Assembly (NCBI GenBank): GCA_963667465.2
Contig: CAXXDN010000001.1
Coordinates: forward strand, 768,001 to 832,000
Direction: 5' to 3'
DNA from: Dehalococcoidia bacterium
GTDB taxonomy: Bacteria > Chloroflexota > Dehalococcoidia > UBA2979
DNA: 64,000 bases
The translations under genes and the position numbers were made by a program. Shown here piece after piece: positions 59,381 to 64,000 of this stretch; positions within the stretch are counted from its first letter, which is position 1, and every line of letters starts with the position of its first letter. The notes under the pieces were generated by a model that did no database searches, was not told the DNA's origin, and was given only the letters and a program-made list of their open reading frames with translations.

Positions 59381-60310
59381 ATGCAGTCTCGTACCCTTAA
59401 GCTGCTGTCGATCGTGCTCTCGCTCGTGCTGGCGCTGGCCATGGTGTCGCGCGGCGTGGGGCACGTGCTGGAGGCGGCCGTGGCCCCGGTTCCTGAGCCA
59501 GTCGCCATGATCTGGCGCGTCGCTCCCACCTCCGTCGATAGCGATAGCGATGGCGACGACGACGACGATGATGACGGCGACACTCCGACCCCGACCGACG
59601 ACGACGGGTACGACACGCCCGAGACCGACTACGACGGGATCGACACGCCCGACACCGACGACGATGGCGTCGCTACTCCGTACACCGACTACGACGGCTT
59701 CAGCACTCCTCCGACCGACGCTGACGGCGTCGACACCCCGACTCCAACCGATGACGATGGCATCGACACGCCCGACACGGACCGCGACGGCATCGACACG
59801 CCGTACAGCGATAACGACGGCATCGACACGCCGGGCACCGACAACGACGGGTTCGCGACGCCGTACACGGACTACGACGGGGTCGACACACCGCTGACCG
59901 ACGACGACGGCGTCGCCACCGCCTACACGGACTACGACGGCGTCGACACCCCCTTGACCGATGGCGACGGGGTCAACACCCCGTACACCGACTACGACGG
60001 CATCGACACGCCGACGCCGACAGACAACGACGGTACCGACTCGGACGGCATCGACACGCCGACGCCGACAGACAACGACGGCACGGACTCGGACGGCATC
60101 GACACGCCGACACCGACGGACAACGACGGTACCGACTCGGACGGCATCGACACGCCGACGCCGACGGACAACGACGGTACGGACTCGGACGGCATCGACA
60201 CGCCGACGCCGACGGACAACGACGGTACGGACTCGGACGGCATCGACACGCCGGCGCCGGAGACCGGAAGCGACGAAGACAGTGACGACAGTGGCAACGT
60301 CAGCAGCTGA
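59381..60310 (+). CDS. Secreted/membrane-anchored Asp/Thr-rich repeat protein
   Basis: GGGAGG RBS, N-terminal hydrophobic signal, then TPxTDxDGxD repeats. Confidence 0.75.
   Translation: MQSRTLKLLSIVLSLVLALAMVSRGVGHVLEAAVAPVPEPVAMIWRVAPTSVDSDSDGDDDDDDDGDTPTPTDDDGYDTPETDYDGIDTPDTDDDGVATPYTDYDGFSTPPTDADGVDTPTPTDDDGIDTPDTDRDGIDTPYSDNDGIDTPGTDNDGFATPYTDYDGVDTPLTDDDGVATAYTDYDGVDTPLTDGDGVNTPYTDYDGIDTPTPTDNDGTDSDGIDTPTPTDNDGTDSDGIDTPTPTDNDGTDSDGIDTPTPTDNDGTDSDGIDTPTPTDNDGTDSDGIDTPAPETGSDEDSDDSGNVSS
59996..60253 (+). repeat. 48-bp tandem repeat x~5.4 (DGIDTPTPTDNDGTDS)
   Basis: Units at 59996, 60044, 60092, 60140, 60188, partial 60236; degenerate 10-12 aa units upstream. Confidence 0.93.
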
Positions 60311-61541
60311 GCCGGAGGCGCCGACCGTCGCACCAGCGGTCGCTCCGCTCTACCCGCCGGTCGACTTCCCGGATGACCCAGCCCTGCCCGATCTGCCCGG
60401 GCTCTACGACCCCGAGTGGATCTGGTGCGCGTACGAGCAGCGGAACGGTCGGCAGGAGGTCAGCCCGCAGCGGATTCGCGTTCGCGAGCTGAGCCACAGC
60501 CCGGGCCGAACGGCCCAGGTCAGCTACGAGGCGCAGTGGCACGAGGACGACTATCTGCCCTCGCAAGTCTTCACGATCAGGGTCGAGCGCGACCAGCCGG
60601 CGGAGCTGTTCCAGTACCCCGATGACCGCACCTTGCCCGGCCTCGCCGAGGCCGCTCACGCCGACGGTGCGCTGCGGCTGCTCAACCAGCACGTGCTGGC
60701 GATCCCGGCGCGGCGAGTGCGCGTGGAGCTGGTTCGCTACCGCCCGGCGAGCCGGGCCGTGCTGCGCCACCGCGTGGGCAAGGCGCGCTTCTACGCGCGA
60801 GCGATGCGCCCCGACGCGGTAGAGCCGCTGCTCGCGGCCAGGAATCTCGCCGGGCGCTCGCGGTTTGTCGTGCCGAGGCTCGCTGGCCACTGGCGGGACG
60901 GCGCCGTGCTGTGGATGTCGGAGATTCCGGGCAGGAACCTCCGGCAGCGGATCCGCGCCGGCAAGGGGCCGGACCCCGGCGCGCTACTCGACGCGATCGA
61001 GAGCCTCTGGGCTGCGCCCCACGGGACGGGGGACGGGCGTCCCTTCAACCTCGCGGGCGCCTATCGCAGGGCGAAACGAAGCTTCAGGGACAAGGCCCGC
61101 GACGACGATGCGTCGCTGCGCGAGCTCAAGGCGGCTGTGAGGGTGCTCGATCCGTTCGTCGAAGCCTGGGAGCCCTCCGGGACCGCCCACAACGACTTCT
61201 ATGACGACCAGATGCTGGTCCTGCCCGACGGCCGGATTGCGCTGGTCGATTTCGAGGAGGCGGGACCGGGCGATCCACTGCTCGACGTGGGCAACTTCCT
61301 CGCGCACCTGCGCTGGGCCTCGCACTTCGGGCGCAGGCGTGACGCACCGGCGGCCGGTGCGTACCACGCAGACTTCCGGCAGGCTGCGCTCGATCGATTC
61401 GAGTGGAGCGAACGCGATCTCGCCTTGCGCGAGGCGGTATGTCTGTTCCGCGTCTGCACGAACGCGATCCGCCATCCCCGGCAAGACTGGCGCGCCCAGC
61501 TCCGGAAGGGCCTCTCGCTGGTGAACGAAACCCTGGCCTGA
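60291..61541 (+). CDS. APH-fold phosphotransferase
   Basis: LVRYRP..RAVLR, HNDFYDDQ, VDFEEAG.GDP..DVGNFLAHL; GTG start (60282 or 60291) overlaps upstream gene. Confidence 0.82.
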   Translation: MATSAAEPEAPTVAPAVAPLYPPVDFPDDPALPDLPGLYDPEWIWCAYEQRNGRQEVSPQRIRVRELSHSPGRTAQVSYEAQWHEDDYLPSQVFTIRVERDQPAELFQYPDDRTLPGLAEAAHADGALRLLNQHVLAIPARRVRVELVRYRPASRAVLRHRVGKARFYARAMRPDAVEPLLAARNLAGRSRFVVPRLAGHWRDGAVLWMSEIPGRNLRQRIRAGKGPDPGALLDAIESLWAAPHGTGDGRPFNLAGAYRRAKRSFRDKARDDDASLRELKAAVRVLDPFVEAWEPSGTAHNDFYDDQMLVLPDGRIALVDFEEAGPGDPLLDVGNFLAHLRWASHFGRRRDAPAAGAYHADFRQAALDRFEWSERDLALREAVCLFRVCTNAIRHPRQDWRAQLRKGLSLVNETLA

Positions 61542-61574
61542 GAGCGACAGGCGCTCGCCGCGCCGCGCCGCCCG

Positions 61575-62576
61575 CTACTGCGTTGCCGCGCCGCCCCCGG
61601 GGATGCCGCCGGCCGCGAGGTCGATCTCCAGCGTCAGCTCCGCGCCGTCGCGCAGCAGCACGACCTCGATCGTGCCGCCGCCGGGGTTAAACGAGCGCAG
61701 CAGCGCGTCGAGGCCGGCGATGCTCCAGAGCGGGCGGCCCGCCATCGAGACCAGCAGGTCGCCGGGGAGGATCCCGCCCGCGTCCGCGGGTGAGCCGGGG
61801 AAGACCGCGAACACGCGCAGCCCGTCCGCTGTCTCCTCGACCAGCTCGCCGAGCAGTGAGGGCGGCAGGTCCGGGCCGCCCGGAGCGCCCTGCAGCACCA
61901 GCGCGAGCGCCATGGCGCGCAGCAGCTCCGCGCGCCAGGCGTCGCCTTCGGACGCCGCCTCGCGCTCGAGGTCCACCAGCCCGGGCGCACCGCCGCGCCT
62001 GACCGTCAGCACATAGGCCGCGCCCTCGGCGACGGCCTCGATGGCGGCGCGCAGCTCCGCGTCACTCGCGACGGGCGTGTCGTCGACTGCGGTGATCTGG
62101 TCGCCCTCGACAAGGCCCGCGCGCTCGGCGGGCGAGCCGGGGAGGACGGCGACGACCGTTCCCGAGCCTCCCAGCTCGGCAATGATCACGCCCAGCAGTA
62201 GGTCGGCGCCGAGTGTGTCGAACAGCGCCCGCAACACCGGCGGCAGCGCGTCGATCGAGCCCGAGAACAGCTCGGAATCAGGATCGCTCATCGCGTCGAG
62301 CAGCAGGCGAATCACCTGCGCCTGTTGCTCGGGCGGCAGCAGGCTTTCGCCGTCGCCGGACGGCGGCCCCGCAGCCGTCGGCGTGGCGGTGGCCGTGCGT
62401 GCAGCGGGCGTTGGCGAGGGCGACGGGGCCGGGCTGGGTGTAGCTGTCGGCGTCGCTGTGAGCGAGGGCGTCGCGGCCGGTTCGACCTCGTCGTCGCCGG
62501 AGCAGCCGGGGAAGGTCGCGAGCGCCGCTGCCAGAGCGAGCGCCGCGAACGCGCCGAGCCGTGGGGCATTGCGCAT
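61575..62576 (-). CDS. Lipoprotein with two PDZ domains
   Basis: Signal/lipobox PGC, two V.PGSPA..AG...GD motifs. Confidence 0.82.
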   Translation of the reverse strand: MRNAPRLGAFAALALAAALATFPGCSGDDEVEPAATPSLTATPTATPSPAPSPSPTPAARTATATPTAAGPPSGDGESLLPPEQQAQVIRLLLDAMSDPDSELFSGSIDALPPVLRALFDTLGADLLLGVIIAELGGSGTVVAVLPGSPAERAGLVEGDQITAVDDTPVASDAELRAAIEAVAEGAAYVLTVRRGGAPGLVDLEREAASEGDAWRAELLRAMALALVLQGAPGGPDLPPSLLGELVEETADGLRVFAVFPGSPADAGGILPGDLLVSMAGRPLWSIAGLDALLRSFNPGGGTIEVVLLRDGAELTLEIDLAAGGIPGGGAATQ

Positions 62577-62620
62577 CGCCGTGGTCCTTCCTCGGGGCCC
62601 CGGCGAATCGCCCGCCGGGA

Positions 62621-62806
62621 CTACTCTTGCGGGCCGTAGCGGGCGGCCCGCTGGTCCGCCTTGTGCTCGTTGATGACGAGCACCGCATGGATGACCCCGG
62701 GGATCCAGCCCGCGACGGTCAGCACCAGATTGAGCAGCGACAGCCAGGGGCGCCCTACTGCCAGCACCGCGATCGGCGGCGCGATGATCGCGAGGAAGTA
62801 GAGCAT
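62621..62806 (-). CDS. YqaE/Pmp3 small membrane protein
   Basis: MLYFLAIIAPP.AV...G......LN..LT..GWIPGVIHA. Confidence 0.88.
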   Translation of the reverse strand: MLYFLAIIAPPIAVLAVGRPWLSLLNLVLTVAGWIPGVIHAVLVINEHKADQRAARYGPQE

Positions 62807-62811
62807 CGCGC

Positions 62812-64000
62812 CTAGCCCTCGCCGAGCACGGCCTCGGCGGCGGCGCGCCCGGCCGTGCGGCCGAAGACCGCGCCGGACATCAGGCCCGTTCCGCCGGCGT
62901 AGTTGTGGTAGAAGAGCCCGCCGACCAGCTCGCCGGCGGCGTAGAGGCCGGGAATCGCCTCGAGCTCCGTGTCCAGCACCTGCGCGCTGCGGTGGTCGAT
63001 GCGCAGACCGCCGAAGGTGAACGTGATGCCGCAGGTGACGGCCACGCCGAAGTAGGGCGGCTCGTCGAGCGGGATCGCCCAGTTCGACTTCGGCGGCTCG
63101 ATGCCCTCGGTGCTGACGCCGTCGAGGGCGGCCGGGTTGAACTCGCCCGGCTGGCAGGCGGCGTTGAACGCGGCGACCGTGCGCTCCAGCCCCTCGCGAT
63201 CGATGCCGAGGTCGTCGGCCAGCTCGCCGATGGTCTGGCCCTCGCCCTTCGTGATCTCGCGGATGCGGTACTCGTCGCGCAGGATCGGCACCGTCTTCTG
63301 GTCGAAGAGCTGGAAGGCTACGCCGTAGGGCTGGCGCAGGATCTCGCGCCCGTACTTGGCGTAGGTGTAGTTGCGCATGTCCGCGCCCTCGTCGACGAAG
63401 CGCTCGCCCTCGATGTTGACGATCAGGCCCAGCGGGTAGGAGTGTTTCTGGTAGAGGTCGCCGACGATGCGGTTGCCGGTCGGCGGCGCGTTCAGATCCC
63501 AGGCGACCGCGTGTCCCGAGGACCAGTGGCCGTGCGACTGCGCGCCCACGTCGAGGGCCATGCGGATGCCCTCGCCGGTGTTGTGACGGGTGCCGCGCAC
63601 CTTCGCCAGCTCCCAGCCGGGGCCCATGTAGCGGGTGCGCATCTCCGTGTTCGCCTCGAAGCCGCCGGCGGCCATCACGACGGCGCGCGCGTCGATGGTC
63701 TCGAGGCCGTCGGGGCCGCGCGCCTGCACGCCGCGCACGCTGCCGGCGTCGTCCATGACGAGGCCGACGGCCTTCGTGCCGTAGCGCACGTCGACGCCGT
63801 GGTGGTCGGCGGCGGCGAAGAGCGAGTCGGAGAGGCCCTTGCCGGCGCCGACGGCCTCGACGATCAGGCCGCCCCAGAAGCGCAGCTTGCCCTCCACCTC
63901 GTAGGCCTGGCGCCCATACATCAGCACCCAGCGCACATCGAGGCGCTCGCGCATCCACTGCATGGTGTCGAAGGAGTTGCGTACCAGGTGGTCGGTCAAC
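62812..64000 (-). CDS. tcuA: FAD-dependent tricarballylate dehydrogenase TcuA-like (5' end outside window)
   Basis: GRQA, FWGGL, AAGGFEAN, VRGTRHNTG, ERFVDEG, GITFTFGGL, AAGELVGGLFY.NY.GG.GLM. Confidence 0.85.
   Translation of the reverse strand, partial: LTDHLVRNSFDTMQWMRERLDVRWVLMYGRQAYEVEGKLRFWGGLIVEAVGAGKGLSDSLFAAADHHGVDVRYGTKAVGLVMDDAGSVRGVQARGPDGLETIDARAVVMAAGGFEANTEMRTRYMGPGWELAKVRGTRHNTGEGIRMALDVGAQSHGHWSSGHAVAWDLNAPPTGNRIVGDLYQKHSYPLGLIVNIEGERFVDEGADMRNYTYAKYGREILRQPYGVAFQLFDQKTVPILRDEYRIREITKGEGQTIGELADDLGIDREGLERTVAAFNAACQPGEFNPAALDGVSTEGIEPPKSNWAIPLDEPPYFGVAVTCGITFTFGGLRIDHRSAQVLDTELEAIPGLYAAGELVGGLFYHNYAGGTGLMSGAVFGRTAGRAAAEAVLGEG

Noticed and set aside
59961-60290. N-terminal Thr/Arg repeat extension of the kinase ORF
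   Set aside because: Alternative reading frame of the upstream Asp/Thr repeat gene; real start is more likely GTG 60282/60291

Overview
Very GC-rich bacterial chromosomal window. The gene content (several CaiB/BaiF CoA-transferases, F420-type LLM oxidoreductases, SnoaL-domain proteins) suggests Dehalococcoidia/SAR202-like Chloroflexota, which is inference only. Most of it is ordinary metabolic and housekeeping genes, and most long ORFs in the six-frame track are GC shadow ORFs. Main signals: (1) An IS110 element (36484-37975) sits in a host REP-like repeat at a duplicated CT core. Its 5' non-coding region contains readable bridge-RNA-like guides for both the donor ends and the REP target, and circularisation would create a promoter. 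(2) An unannotated ~98-aa ORF (42845-43141) has an in-frame TGA in a G-U-G-G motif followed by a SECIS-like hairpin, a candidate HesB-like selenoprotein. (3) An overlapping nurA-herA-sbcD-sbcC operon. (4) A vsr/C5-methyltransferase/divergent NgoMIV-like nuclease cassette with substituted catalytic residues. (5) A secreted Asp/Thr repeat protein overlapping an APH-fold kinase gene. (6) A DUF1538x2/P-II/CBS module, a VapBC45-like TA pair flanked by an 11-bp direct repeat, and several short tandem repeats. No rRNA, tRNA or CRISPR array was recognised. All family calls come from motif recognition by eye, not database searches.
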